From assembly GCF_018977255.1 (NCBI RefSeq), contig NW_024704742.1, positions 6,450,001 through 6,514,000 on the forward strand: a stretch of DNA of 64,000 nt, read 5' to 3'. The translations under genes and the position numbers were made by a program. This stretch comes from Callorhinchus milii (taxonomy: Eukaryota). Under the pieces are notes generated by a model, which was given only the letters and a program-made list of their open reading frames with translations, did not search any database and was not told the origin of the DNA. Within the stretch, counting starts at the first letter, position 1. Each line of letters opens with the position of its first letter. Of the stretch, positions 50,233 through 61,828 are shown one piece after another.

Positions 50233-50379
50233 AATAATAATAATAATCCTTGCATTTGATGTAACGCTTTTCAGGTCTTCTAGACATCTCAATGTGCTTC
50301 ACAGAATAGACTGTAAAGTGAATTGATTTCTCTCATTTGCAAAGCGAGTGCTCTAACCACTGAGCTACAGGACTCCACA
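50233..50379 (-). mobile_element. Young SINE with a large internal deletion (head joined to tail)
   Basis: Tail 50233-50327 directly joined to head 50330-50379. Confidence 0.85.
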
Positions 50380-50653
50380 GGACTTAATGGATCAACGGCT
50401 GATTAGTACCTGGGTTAGTGAGTAGAACTAAGGAGGGAACAACCCCTTGTGAGTTCCCCGACACACTGAGTCAGGAAGCAGTCATACACTACATTTACAA
50501 GCTCCACTTGGGCATTCCCAGTTTATGTCGGGCTGATTAAGATTCCCCATCAGTATTACCTGCTTTTTCTCACGTACGATCCAAATAATATCAAAAAATG
50601 ACAAATCGTTCTCACTGTTTTGGTCCTGATGGTCTGCACCTAAGCCTCAAGAT

Positions 50654-51200
50654 TAGTGCTGTAGAGTAGTGGTTAGAGTACTTGCCTCGCAAAGAAGAGG
50701 ACCCGGGCTCGATTCCCGGGCAGGGCGAAACCTTAGGCAAACTTCCTTGCCATGACCTGCCTTCCCCCACATCGCCCGGCTCCGCCACTGCCTCTCCCCT
50801 CAGGCTGCCAAAACCCTCATCGAACACATTAATTATATCTAGGCTCAACTATGTCAACTCCCTGCTTGTCGACCTTCCCAACTCTTCCTTCCACAAGCTG
50901 TAGATCATCCAAAACTCTGCAGCTCATGTCCCTCTCCGCACCGGGCTCCATGGCCCTATCATCCCCACTCTCGCCCCACTCCACTGGCTCCCCATCCCCC
51001 AGAGGATAGAGTCCAAATTCTCTTCAACCCACCTCTTCAACCGCAACTTCGGCCACCTCCCTACCTCTACCGTCCCTGTCCCCCATTCCTCCTGATGCCC
51101 GGCTAGGGTCTGAATCCCTGACTGTCCAGCTCCGTGGGACGTCCTCCCGATGAGGAAGGTGCTGAACAAATGTAATTTGTTGTTGTTGTTACTCCACAAC
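50654..51200 (+). mobile_element. Young SINE head (50654-50748) interrupted by an L2 3' fragment (~50755-51190)
   Basis: SINE ..AAACTTCCTT | L2 (SRLNYVNSLL, IQNSAA, tail TTGTTGTT) | ACTCCAC resumes the SINE consensus. Confidence 0.8.
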
Positions 51201-51245
51201 AGGACTGTTACAGGAATCCACAACAGGACTGTTACAGGACTCCAC
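51193..51245 (+). repeat. 24-bp tandem duplication
   Basis: TCCACAACAGGACTGTTACAGGAM x2, then TCCAC. Confidence 0.9.
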
Positions 51246-51587
51246 GTAATAACTGGAAGAGGACTACGGTGCCAGGTTTATGAGAATCCAAATAGTTAGA
51301 GGTCAGAAACATTGGAGGCCCAAGACGGGGGCGAAGGAAAAAATGACATCCAGATCCCGATGATTAACCATGGCTCGATGGAGGGAACTTTGGATCAGAA
51401 CTCAGAGTAATTTTGTGAGTTGAGAACCTTGGGGAATGGCTCGTGGAGTAGAATACTACCAAGAAGAAAAATTAAAAGTATTTATCTTATCATGAATGTG
51501 GTTCTAATAGCCTGTAGTTGCTGCTCCAGATGGCTTGGCAGGTTTATTCAAAGAGAAGATGAGCTTTTCAGATCCAGAAGAAACTCA

Positions 51588-52432
51588 TGCCTTAGCACAT
51601 GAAAATAGTCAATATAATTTATTTAAACTGCCTGTGGTGAAGTTACCCTGTTAAATGTGGTCAAGTGGTCAACCAGCAAGAATAATCGAATAAACACAAT
51701 TAGGATAAAGAGAGGACACAATCAAATTATACCCTGGGATAGGAAGAAAAGAAAACTGCAAATCCATGAGACCTTTATGGGAATGTCTTTGCACATCTAT
51801 TCAACAATTTGAGCAATCTTTTCATTTTGTGCATCTTCCTGTAATTGAAAACTCATTTTAATCAATGTGGAGGGATAATAACAAGACTGTTTTTATGGTG
51901 TGTGCTGACATGCTATTGCATAGGGAATAAATATAAGTCGCTGGGAATATACAGCAGTCAGGCAGCATCTATGGAGTGAGGAAAGTGAGTTAACGTTTCA
52001 GGTCAATGACCTTTCCTTGGAACTGGTTCTGAATGTGCAGAATAAATGAATCAAACACATTTGTGCAGAAATGGTGCTATTCAGATTGCTTCCAGCATTA
52101 TTTGGAGCAAAAATGAATAAACACATAGGATAATCGGCTAATAAATGGGTAATAATAAATAATAATATGCTGTGACCAGGATGACATTTGTAGTTAACTG
52201 AGCATATTTTGGGTGTAGATGGACAATCTGGAGTAAGTAAGCTACATGTAAATCAATTTCAGTGGGGAACTAAAACTTTGTGCCTTAGCACATGAAAATG
52301 GTCAAAATAATTCATTTAAGCTGCATGTGATCAAGGGTGGTGATGATATGCTGCTAAATGTAGATGGAACCTGACTGTGGTCAAATAAGAGGAATAATGG
52401 AATAAACACTATTAGGCTAAAGAGATGACAAA
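51588..52432 (+). repeat. Diverged local direct duplication (51588-51720 and 52281-52432)
   Basis: TGCCTTAGCACATGAAAATRGTCAA..GAATAAACAC.ATTAGG.TAAAGAGA.GACA in both copies. Confidence 0.85.
51935..52032 (-). mobile_element. Second Penelope-like remnant (one arm)
   Basis: Matches 48447-48548; minus strand keeps AGGTC-ATT-GACCT-GAAACGTTAAC. Confidence 0.75.
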
Positions 52433-52451
52433 TACATAATTGACAGTGATG

Positions 52452-53132
52452 ATAATAATCCATACAGAGATAACAACTTATCACACTGTTGAGACGTCTC
52501 AAAGTGATTCACAAAATGTATGTTAAGTGGAGTGACTGTGTGGATTTTTGTAGGCGAACGTGGCAGCTAATCAGTGGAGTCCTGTAGCTCAGTGGTTAGA
52601 GCATTCGCCTCGCAAGCGAGACACTGAGTTCAATTCCAGGCAGGGCAAAACCTTGGGCAAGTTTTCTTACTCCACACGCCTAATAATAATCCCTCCAAAA
52701 ACAAAACAATAATAAAATTGGTCATTTTCAATCCACGACTGTTTGTGGGGACGCTGCTGTGCGCAATTGGCTGCCGCATTTCGCCCACAAATATACAGTC
52801 AATTCACTTTACAGCATATTCTGTGAAGCGCTTTGAGACATCTAGAAGACGTGAAAAGGGTTATATCAAATGCAAGGATTATTATTACTATTATTATTTG
52901 CACACAGCAATGTCCCGCAAACAGTCATGAAAGATCAATTCTATTTGAAGGATCTTGGCCAGGACACCAGAGGAAACTCTCTTCCCTTTTTGAATAGCGA
53001 TTGGGATCTTTAACATCCACCCAAATAGGTTCCGTTAAAGTCTCATCCAATGATGATAATGTAGATAATGTAGAACTTCCCCAACACTGCATTGGAGTAT
53101 CAGCCTAGACTGAACTGTGAGCTCAAAGTCCC
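52452..53132 (-). mobile_element. Old DeuSINE split by a young SINE
   Basis: ..GGCAGCTAAT | insert | TTGCACACAGCAATGTCCC.. rejoins the consensus. Confidence 0.8.
52573..52898 (+). mobile_element. Young SINE, short subfamily, full length
   Basis: Head, no central insert, GAAAAGG tail variant. Confidence 0.93.
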
Positions 53133-53864
53133 ATGGAGTACATGTACTTCCTATTTTTGCTTCCTATATGTATGTATCTATCCATCTTCATTTGCCAATG
53201 TTCAGTTCAGGTGCACACCATATTAAGTTTTCTGGTTAGCGATAGTCTCTAAATTCCTTTGTTGCCTTGTGTACACCAAGAATTATTGTGATTTTCTAAC
53301 AGTGAAGGTGCTTGATTTCTAGGCTTATGCTTTGCAAATAATGATACAAAATACACAATGCATTTATATCAACTTTCATGTCAGGAGGATATCTACAAGT
53401 TCTTAACGCGGTGGACTGGTAGTACAACTGGGGCTGGCAGAAAAATAGAGTAGGGAGGGGAACGATAACAAAAAGCATAGGTAAAGAGTTAGGTCTTGAA
53501 ACAGACCTTGAATGAGGTGAGTGAGGAAGGGAAAGAGTCAGAGGGAATCCAGAATGGAGATCCAGAGAAGCGAGGGCAGAAAGATATTTGAAAGCTTATT
53601 TGTGAAGACTGCTTTAGCAAAAGTGGTTGACAGCCCCTGGAAAATGTCATGACATCAGAGGTACATTCTAAAACGTGTTTTGTTAGGTCTGTCCAGTCCC
53701 AAGAAGTGAAAAATTTCACCACAAATATGCACATCCAACCTATTTTAAAACATCACATTTTTCATCCTAACATCTCAATCTAAGCATTGTTTCCCATGCT
53801 TCTTATATCAATGTAAACATTGTTTTAGTTTATAGGTGCTACTATAAATTGACAGCATTATAGT

Positions 53865-54142
53865 GATCAGCCTGACTCAGTTGGCAGCGCTCACACCTTG
53901 GAGTCAGAAGGTTGTGGGTTCAAAGCTCATGTCAGGATTTAGAGCCTTGAGAGGGTTTCATCCGTCGCCCTGACCAACAGTCCATCAGATACAAATTGGC
54001 CATTCACCTCATGGCTATCTGTGGGACATTGCTGTGAACAAATTGACTGGCGTATTCACCCACCAAGACACAGCCACTACACTTCCGTGAGGTGCATCTT
54101 GATAAATCGCAATATCAAATAAGTATTACAAGGATTATTATG
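53865..54142 (+). mobile_element. Old DeuSINE with internal deletion
   Basis: TCAGCCTGACTCAGTTGGCAGC..GAGTCAGAAGGTTGTGGGTTCAA head; Deu-like 3' part. Confidence 0.75.
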
Positions 54143-54183
54143 ATGGACAGGGTAGAATTTGGTAAGGGACAAGTTAAATAATG

Positions 54184-54280
54184 TAATAATCCTTGCATTT
54201 GATACAGCGCCTTTCACGTCAGGAGGACGTCCCAATGCGCTTCACAGAATATACTGTAGTAAAATGTAGTGACTGTGTAT
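54184..54280 (-). mobile_element. SINE 3' fragment carrying the L2-type stem-loop
   Basis: Minus: TTCTGTGAAGCGCATTGGGACGTCCTCCTGACGTGAAAGGCGCTGTATCAAATGCAAGGATTATTA. Confidence 0.85.
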
Positions 54281-54329
54281 CAGAATGTATGAGAAGTTGA
54301 AAAGTACCTAGGATGTGAAGACTCATTAC

Positions 54330-54600
54330 TCACTGTATCAGAAAAGTGTGAAGCAGCAATAAACAAAGCAAACAGGATGAAAATCAGTTTGCTCGGATTC
54401 TCAGAACCCTCGTGCAAGCTATACAATGCTGTAGTCAGACTTCAGAGTATTGTATAATATTATATTGAGTACTCATGCAGGTCTGGTTCCCACCAAATAA
54501 AAGGGCTGTGGAGGTCCTGAGACAGTGTAGAGGAGAGCAACCAAAGATATTCGCGGGTGTTACAGGCAAGAGTTTATGAGCATTGACTAGATAAATTAAT
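54330..54600 (+). mobile_element. CR1 RT remnant
   Basis: AAAGCAAACAGGATG (KANRM), CTATACAATGCTGTAGTCAGAC, CAGGTCTGGTTCCCA, AGGAGAGCAACC motifs. Confidence 0.65.
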
Positions 54601-55479
54601 ACATGTAAATTGTATTGTGTATGCCAACTCCTGATTCTTCTCTCCAGCTTGTTTCACTCTTTATAATATTTACTTGGAGGAATACATCCCTAATTATACC
54701 CAAAACATACTACTGTATTCATTCACAGAATAGCACCCGTCAATATTGCTCAAAGGGGAAAAAAAAAGTACAAAATGTATTGCAGATTTTTACACGGAAA
54801 GAAACCTGTAAAACATATGTATTCACCTCTGTTGGGTGATTCCAGTCCATATCACAAAATTGTGAGCGTGTGGAGGGGTGGGGGGAGTATAAATACAACA
54901 ATTGTTATCAGCAGGAGTACTCACATGTCTCATTATTCCTTAAAACGTTTTGTTAAAATACAGAGTGCATTTATAATGAAATCAGTGCTGTTTGGACATA
55001 CAGTACTGAAGCTCTTAACAATTCTGGAGATCATTCCAAAACATCAGGACTCTTTGGCTCTGAGACAAAGGCATTTTAGGAGGAATTACTCGTACCTTGA
55101 CAAGACATATATTCCCGATTCCTCATTTTAACATTCTTGGCAGTGTTTTGTGACATGCAGAATTCTACCATTTCACAAGCCAGACAATATTTTCTTGTTA
55201 GACACATCATTTCTAATTTTTGTTTNAAAAAAAGGGGAACCAGAATCGCTGCCAGAACACTTTTGAGTTTTTCTTTATTACCTCTAGTTCCATTTCTTGA
55301 ATCGTTACAATTCTATTCCAGATGTAATTCACGTGTTGTTGGAAATGTAATTATTTCTTGGCCGAGAAAACATTGGTGCCAAAACTTATCACCATACTTG
55401 TGGTATGTGAAATTTAAAACCAGGTGCGCTACGTCATTTGGAGTTAGAAGATTGACACTTCTCTGATTTCAAGAGGACT

Positions 55480-55990
55480 TTGGATGGACACCTGTGTACT
55501 CGCCCTCTCTAAACTCCATCCCCCGTCACCCCAGTTCTTGCCATGGTCCACTTCCCCCCCCTTTTTGCAGAACGGATCAACTTCAAGATTCTCACACTGG
55601 TCTAGAAATCCCTTCATGTCCTGGCACCTCTCCAACCTGCTTATGCCCCAACAACAACAACAACATTACATTTATAGAGAGCCTTTCACTTCGCTCCACT
55701 ACCTCCAGTTCACTGATTTCGGTCTCCCTCTGATCCTTCATCCCCTCCACCACCAGCGGCCATGCTTTCAGCCACTACGCCCCGAAATTTTAAAACACTC
55801 TGCTTCGATCCCTTCCACCACGCCTCCTCCTTCTCCATTTTCAGATGACATCTGAAGACCTTCCGCTTGAAACGTGCTTACAGTCACACTCCCCTCTCCA
55901 TCAGCTTGGCGTCAGACTCAGAGCCCACAGTTAAGGGCTCCAAGATGCTATCCTGCGTGAAGTTTGCTGAATAAATGCAAGTTGTTATTG
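55480..55990 (+). mobile_element. Old L2 3' remnant with a small antisense L2 tail inserted (55650-55690)
   Basis: TTCAAGATTCTCACACTGG..GCTTTCAGCCACTACGCCCC..TAAATGCAAGTTGTT. Confidence 0.75.
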
Positions 55991-56117
55991 AAAAAGGCCA
56001 TTTGGTCCATTTCATCTCGACCTTCCAGATTACCCCTTGTAATGTCCTCGCATTACAGCAGCAAGNTTTTTTTTGAGAAAGCAAGTCCTGAGCGACCCTT
56101 CCTGGTAGTCCATTCAG

Positions 56118-56362
56118 AAGTCCTGTAGCTTACTGGTGAGAGCACTCGCCTCACCTGATCGTTAATCAATTGGCGGATCACTTTTACCGGAGTAACTTGG
56201 TCATTCAATCCATGACTGTTTGTGGGATACTGCTGTGGGCAATTGGCTTCCATGTTTCACCGACAAAACATACAGTTAATTCACTTTACAGTATATTCTG
56301 TGAAGCACTTTGAGGTGTCTAGAAGACGTGATAAGGCGCTATATCAAATGCAAGGATTATTA
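56118..56362 (+). mobile_element. Young SINE, internally deleted
   Basis: AGTCCTGTAGCT head, partial central insert, tail. Confidence 0.85.
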
Positions 56363-56734
56363 TAGATATTTATATTTTATTAATGTTATTATTACTCTCT
56401 GGATAAAGAAATACTTCCTGATAGCTGTCCAACATTGAAGTTTCTTTTGGGGCAATTCCTCGCCTTAACAATAGGTTTCTATGGGACTAAACCTAACTTA
56501 AGTAGTCAGAGCAAGCATGCCTCATCCTCTTTGCACCATTATTGGTGGTTAAGCCTTCAGTTAATACGCACCTAACATTTGAACTCCTTCCGCCTACCCC
56601 TCTGCCTTGCACCTCTTGAATTGAAGAATTTAACAGTTTTGCACAACCTTACATTTTAAGACAAAAGGGGCTTAGCAGCTAAGACTAGCTGGGATTTTGG
56701 ACCTCACACACTTCGGTCACAAACTTCACCCCGA

Positions 56735-56805
56735 TATATGTATATATATATTATATATCTATATACACACACACTATATTAGATATATATATATACGCGC
56801 ACACA
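56735..56805. repeat. (TA)n/(CA)n microsatellite
   Basis: Direct inspection. Confidence 0.9.
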
Positions 56806-58099
56806 ATTAAATCAACAAGAATAATCAGACATGAGATCTTTAACCTTTTCACTCACACAAGGCCCTCAGTAACCCCTTCGCTGAAGCATAAAACCACGTG
56901 CTGTTCAGTGCACTATCACTGCAGAGGTGATCAATGTCAGATTAATAATTTGGAATTGCTTAGTGTAGTTAAACCATGTTATGTTATAATGGGTCAGATG
57001 CTGCTTTCTTTCAAAAATACAGTCCACAATTTAAAGATGTGTAACTCTTCAAGATGTATGCCTGATTCTGTCTGTAGGGAAATTTTCATTAATGTTCCAA
57101 GGCCAGGAAGAAAGGTCATCTCCATTTTTCTGGGAAAAGGAAGGGGGAAACGGATCTGGTACAATTCCCACACTGAGCTAGGCTAATGGCTTCTATTAAA
57201 GAGACCACAGTGATTATGTGCTGAAACCAGAGATTATTCAGCTTGTTGTGCTTTCTTTCCGGCCTCCTCCAGCTGAGGTTACGAGCAATAGCAACTTGGG
57301 GCAGTAAGTGTGCATGCATGTTCAACTATGGTTGGACAAGGCTGGGCATGAAATGTCAAGTAGAACAATCCGATTCCTCCGCTTCACCTAGTTAGAATGG
57401 GTAACATCTAAAGAGATTTAATATTCAAGAGTGGCCCCACAGCAGAAACGTACACTCAAAGGGTGGTTGGTGCAATTGTTATAGGATGTAACATGGAGTC
57501 AAGAACATCCCAAATGGGACATCTATCTAATTGAGCTAATCTATCATGGATAGGGAATGCACGCACACAAAGAGACTCATCCCGGTTTGCAGTCATCTGG
57601 ATTGGATTCAAAAGTGAAAGTCATTTTTACAATTTACATTATGCAGAGATAAAACTACAATCTATTAAATCTCTTGTGTTTACACAAGTCTCAATGGATT
57701 TCACAAACGAACAGTGAATTTACTGCGTGGTGATGATATGCTAACCTTCACAGGTGTCCATGGTAACACAGCAGGCAAAAGTAAAACAGACGAACAAATC
57801 ATAGGAGAAACAGCTCTACTCCTGTCTCATGAATACATGATCAATTGTTTCCCACTCAACAATCTGCTGACGACAATTGATTGCACACCCGGATCCACAA
57901 AATGAAGGTCAAGCTGTTCTTCCTAGTACATGATTGTATCCCAGGGAATCAGTAGGCTGACATACTAGGCCAAACAATGCACAAGAACTGGCCAACAAAT
58001 ACCTGTGTGTGATTTCTTTGATGCCGAGCCACATCAACATGTGTGCGGAATGAAGGACGCTATGTGCAGGGTTCCAGTTCCCGCCACTCAAAAACAACA

Positions 58100-58508
58100 C
58101 TGCCAGGCTGGCTCAGTTGGTAGCGCTCTCACCTCTGAGCGAGACGGTTGTCAGTTCAAGCTCCAAATCAGGACTTCGAGCTCATATTCTTGACTGACAC
58201 TCCAATGCATTGATGCGGCGAGCGCTGCATTGCTGGACGTGCCATTCAAATGATATGTTACACCGGGTTCCTGTCTACCTGTTCAGGTGAACATTAATCA
58301 TCCCATAGCGCTACTTGAAAAGAGCAAGGAGATCTCCCAGTATCCTGGCCAACAATCCCTTTGATAAACGTTGGTCACTCACTTTGTGACAATTTGTGCA
58401 ACGCTGCTGTGTGCAAATCGACTGCCGTGTTCACCTACAGATACAATCTACACAGTAAATCTTGTGAAGGGATCTGGTGCTATTTAAAAAAAAATGCAAG
58501 GATTGTTA
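58100..58508 (+). mobile_element. Old DeuSINE, near full length
   Basis: GGCTCAGTTGGTAGCGCTCTCACCTCTGAG head; Deu domain; TGCAAGGATTG tail. Confidence 0.85.
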
Positions 58509-58927
58509 ACAGTTTATCATGAATTCAGATTGTTTCAATTTTTTTATCAAACGTATTTAATAGTGCGTGTAACACACATGCTAATTAGATGCTTTATGCT
58601 CCCAGCACCTAGATTACAGTTCCAAATCTCAACGTGGGAGTTGAACCCGCGACTTTTTGCTTCAGAGGCGAGAGTGCTACCAACTGAGCCAGGCAGTAAA
58701 CACTCAAAAGCAACTAATTGAAAACATTTGATATTTTCTTGTGTAATCCTTAATACTTTTTTTTAAAAAAAAGGCTTCCACTGTTGTAATTTTCAAACGG
58801 AATTCGAGCCAATATTATTTATTTGCATCAGTCTGCTACAAATGACTTGGAACTTTCTTCTTTTAGTCACATTTCATCAAGACAGCATATGTCTGTAGGC
58901 AACACTTGTTCCTCAGAAGCAGTGGGA

Positions 58928-59162
58928 CATCTCCAATAGTGTCCCAACACACGTTCTGGGGTCCTTCCAAGCCTTGGTTCTCGCAAACCTGTGCCTCATA
59001 CTCTCCAGAATTCGCTAAGCAGGATGTATTGCTCCAGGGAGAGTGCGCATTTCCATTCCAGACACAGGGACAGGTGGAATACACATGTGGAATTCAGTCT
59101 ATGCTGGATATGCTTCAGCATGGTTATTGCGTTTGTTAGGAACTTCACTGACCAAAACCAAA
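58928..59162 (+). mobile_element. Family X copy, opposite orientation
   Basis: CTGGGGTCC..CAAGCCTTGG..CTCCAGGGAGAGTGCGCATTTCCATTCCA..CTGACCAAAACCAAA. Confidence 0.75.
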
Positions 59163-59334
59163 TGCATCAACATTCACATGGGAACAGGTTCCAGATGTCC
59201 ACCACACTCTAGAGAAATAAGTATATCTTCACATCCAGTGAGTTTTCTCCAGTATAATTTGTTGCCTGTATCTTACTATCATTCATTATAAATTTAATTT
59301 GACATTGAACTAATTAAAATTAATGCAATTAGTC

Positions 59335-59452
59335 ACCCTCCTACCCTCCCTAACCTTCACCCCTCCTCATCCCAACCCCCTGCTCAGGTCCAAATCCCAG
59401 TGCCTTGGGACATCCTCCCGACGTGAAAGGCGCTATACAATTGTAATTTATT
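59335..59452 (+). mobile_element. L2 3' end
   Basis: GCCTTGGGACATCCTCCCGACGTGAAAGGCGCTATAC. Confidence 0.85.
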
Positions 59453-59509
59453 GTTAATATCATAACTTTATCAAACTCTATTTGCTTCATTTCGATTAAC
59501 ATAATTGTA

Positions 59510-59880
59510 ATGCGTTTAACATAATGCCTTATTATGCGGTTGCGATATCTCAAAGCACTTCACGAACACAGTTGCCAATTTGCACACAGCAATGTCCCCC
59601 GAAATAGCCATAAAGCGAATGACCAAATTTATTTGGGAGAAATAAAACTCCCTTCTCTTTTCAAAGAGTGACATGGGATCTTTAATGTCCACCTGGACAG
59701 GAAGGTAGGACCTCAGTTTAACCCATCTAAAGGACAGCACCTCCAACAATGCAGTGTACCCCAATCACTGCATTGGCATGTCAACAGACAATGCAGGTTG
59801 CAAGTCCCAATATGGGGCTAAAAGCCACAACTTTCTAACGTGGAGGAAAGAGTGCTACCAACTGAGCCAGACTGGCACAC
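59510..59880 (-). mobile_element. Old DeuSINE
   Basis: Tail, Deu domain (CATGGGATCTTTAATGTCCACCTG) and head (GAGTGCTACCAACTGAGCC) on minus. Confidence 0.82.
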
Positions 59881-60411
59881 TAGTTATGATAAATTTCACT
59901 AAAGTGACACACCCATCATCAGTATTGTTTGTTGACAACTGACAATCATCATAGCTCGGCAAAAACCCACACTTCAGAAATGTAAAATCAATTAGCTCAT
60001 CTGTGAGAATTTATCAATATCAAAGGTTGGCAGCACATTATAGATGGAGTTTTAGTGTAAACAGAACTCTCCAATTAGAATCCATATGCTCCACATAAAA
60101 GTAATTTCATGCTTTCAAAGTACACTATAGCTTCTAGTGAGATAATGATCCAGGAAATGTGAAACAGAGCAGCTAGTAAACGTGATTGTGTTCTTGTTAC
60201 ACTTTGATTAATGCTCGTTTTCATTACCTATAAAATAATTGCTCAGGATGTACTTATCAAAATAATTAAAGCCAGTAACTATGTATGAACACTCATATGG
60301 TGCATTAGAGCTCGCTTGACCCTCTCAAATGTAGCACATGCTCTAATTTAAGTCACAATTCAGGATGCTGGACTCCAACATTATTCAGTTGAGTTTAAAT
60401 CTCAAGATATC

Positions 60412-60790
60412 AAGCTACATAAGTGCTCTGGTCAGGCCGTAACTGAAGTATTTCATACAGTTCTGGTCACTGTGATATTAGGGGGCTGCTCAGGTCCTAG
60501 AGCTGGTGCAGAAGGAAGGCGACAAGGATGATCCCAAGTGCTAGAGGAATGAGCTATTACAAACAATTAGACATGTTAGGGCTCTTCAACTTTGGGAGAA
60601 GACGCTTTAGGGGGGACCTTAAGGAAGTGTACAAAATTTTAAATGGGATTGAAAAAGTAAACCCAGAACATTATTTTAGGATGCACCAACACGGTAGAAT
60701 AAGAGGGCATGGGTTTAGAGTTTCAAAGGGCAATTTCAGTCCAGCTTTTTTTTCTCAAAATCCAGAGAGTAATTAACGTCTGAAACTGGA
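60412..60790 (+). mobile_element. CR1 LINE RT C-terminal remnant
   Basis: MIPSARGMSYYKQLDMLGLFNFGRRRFRGDLKEVYKILNGIEKV..RIRGHGFR, a typical CR1 motif. Confidence 0.9.
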
Positions 60791-61477
60791 TAATCTGAAT
60801 GCACATCAATTCATGGATCACAAAGTCACTTGTGATTGCTCCACTCTGCTATCCTGATTTAAATACAAGCATTTCAGTACATTACACGTGTTAAAATTAA
60901 ACCACTCTCAACATACTACACAGCTCTTGTGATTTTGTGAGTGTTCAAAAACCTTTTTATGACAATCTCCTGCTGTAACGTCATCCTAATTATAACCTTC
61001 TGGAGAAGGTTTACAGTGATAATGGTTATTTTGCCACAAATACTCTGCATTTAAAAACTTTAGACACATTAGACAAATTATGTGCAAATTACTGGTGTAT
61101 GAATTTCTGTGTTCTAGGATCTAATGTCAGCGTCAAACTAATGCAATACAAAATTACATTTGTATAGCACCTTTCACGTCACGAGGTAGACCCTAGGAAC
61201 TGGGTTCAGGTTAATCAATTCAAGTAACAAAGGTCAGTTCTATTACACAAACATTTTGATGTTTTCCTTTAGTGTTCTCCACTTTTTTTCCTGAAGGCGG
61301 TGACTCACACTGAGTAGAGATCCAGGCTGAGCAACAGCCTTTCAGCACAGCATCAGGGTGCCCAATCTTCATATGTGAGCTGGACGTGGATTTTCAGTGG
61401 CCTATTTTAATCAGCAGCATCTCAGCTAATTCAGAGTCCTGATGATCAAAAGCACAGTTGAAAAAATAGGTCCTAAT

Positions 61478-61828
61478 ACCCTACGAACCTGTCCGCTCCC
61501 TCCGCTGAGCAGGCTCCACCTGCTTCACGTCCCCTGACTTGCCCACCTCACCATTAACGGGCAGACCTTCAGTCTCTCTGCCCCCACCATCTGGAACGCC
61601 ATCCCGCAGTCCCACCTCGCCCCCTCCCTTGCCTCCTTCAAGACCCATCTCAAAACTCTCCTCTTTGACGGCGCCTTCGGTCACCTCCCTACCCTTACCC
61701 TCCCCGACCTCCACCCCTCCTGATCCCAACCACCAGCTCGGATGCGGATCCCTGACTGCCCAGCGCCTTAGGACGTCCTCCTGACGTGAAAGGTGCTACA
61801 CAAATGTAAGGTGTTGTTGTTGTTATTG
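61478..61828 (+). mobile_element. L2 3' fragment
   Basis: CCCTACGAACCTGTCCGCTCCCTCCG..CTGGAACGCCATCCC..GGACGTCCTCCTGACGTGAAAGG..(TTG)n. Confidence 0.88.

Noticed and set aside
50654..51190. Apparent new chimeric SINE (tRNA head plus 430 bp of L2)
   Set aside because: The SINE consensus resumes (ACTCCAC) right after the L2 tail, so a nested insertion explains it better
52340..52376. C/D-box-like GTGATGA...CTGA
   Set aside because: Too short for a snoRNA, with no terminal stem
24234..56066. Single Ns at 24234, 55226 and 56066
   Set aside because: Each abuts a homopolymer run; these are sequencing or assembly artefacts
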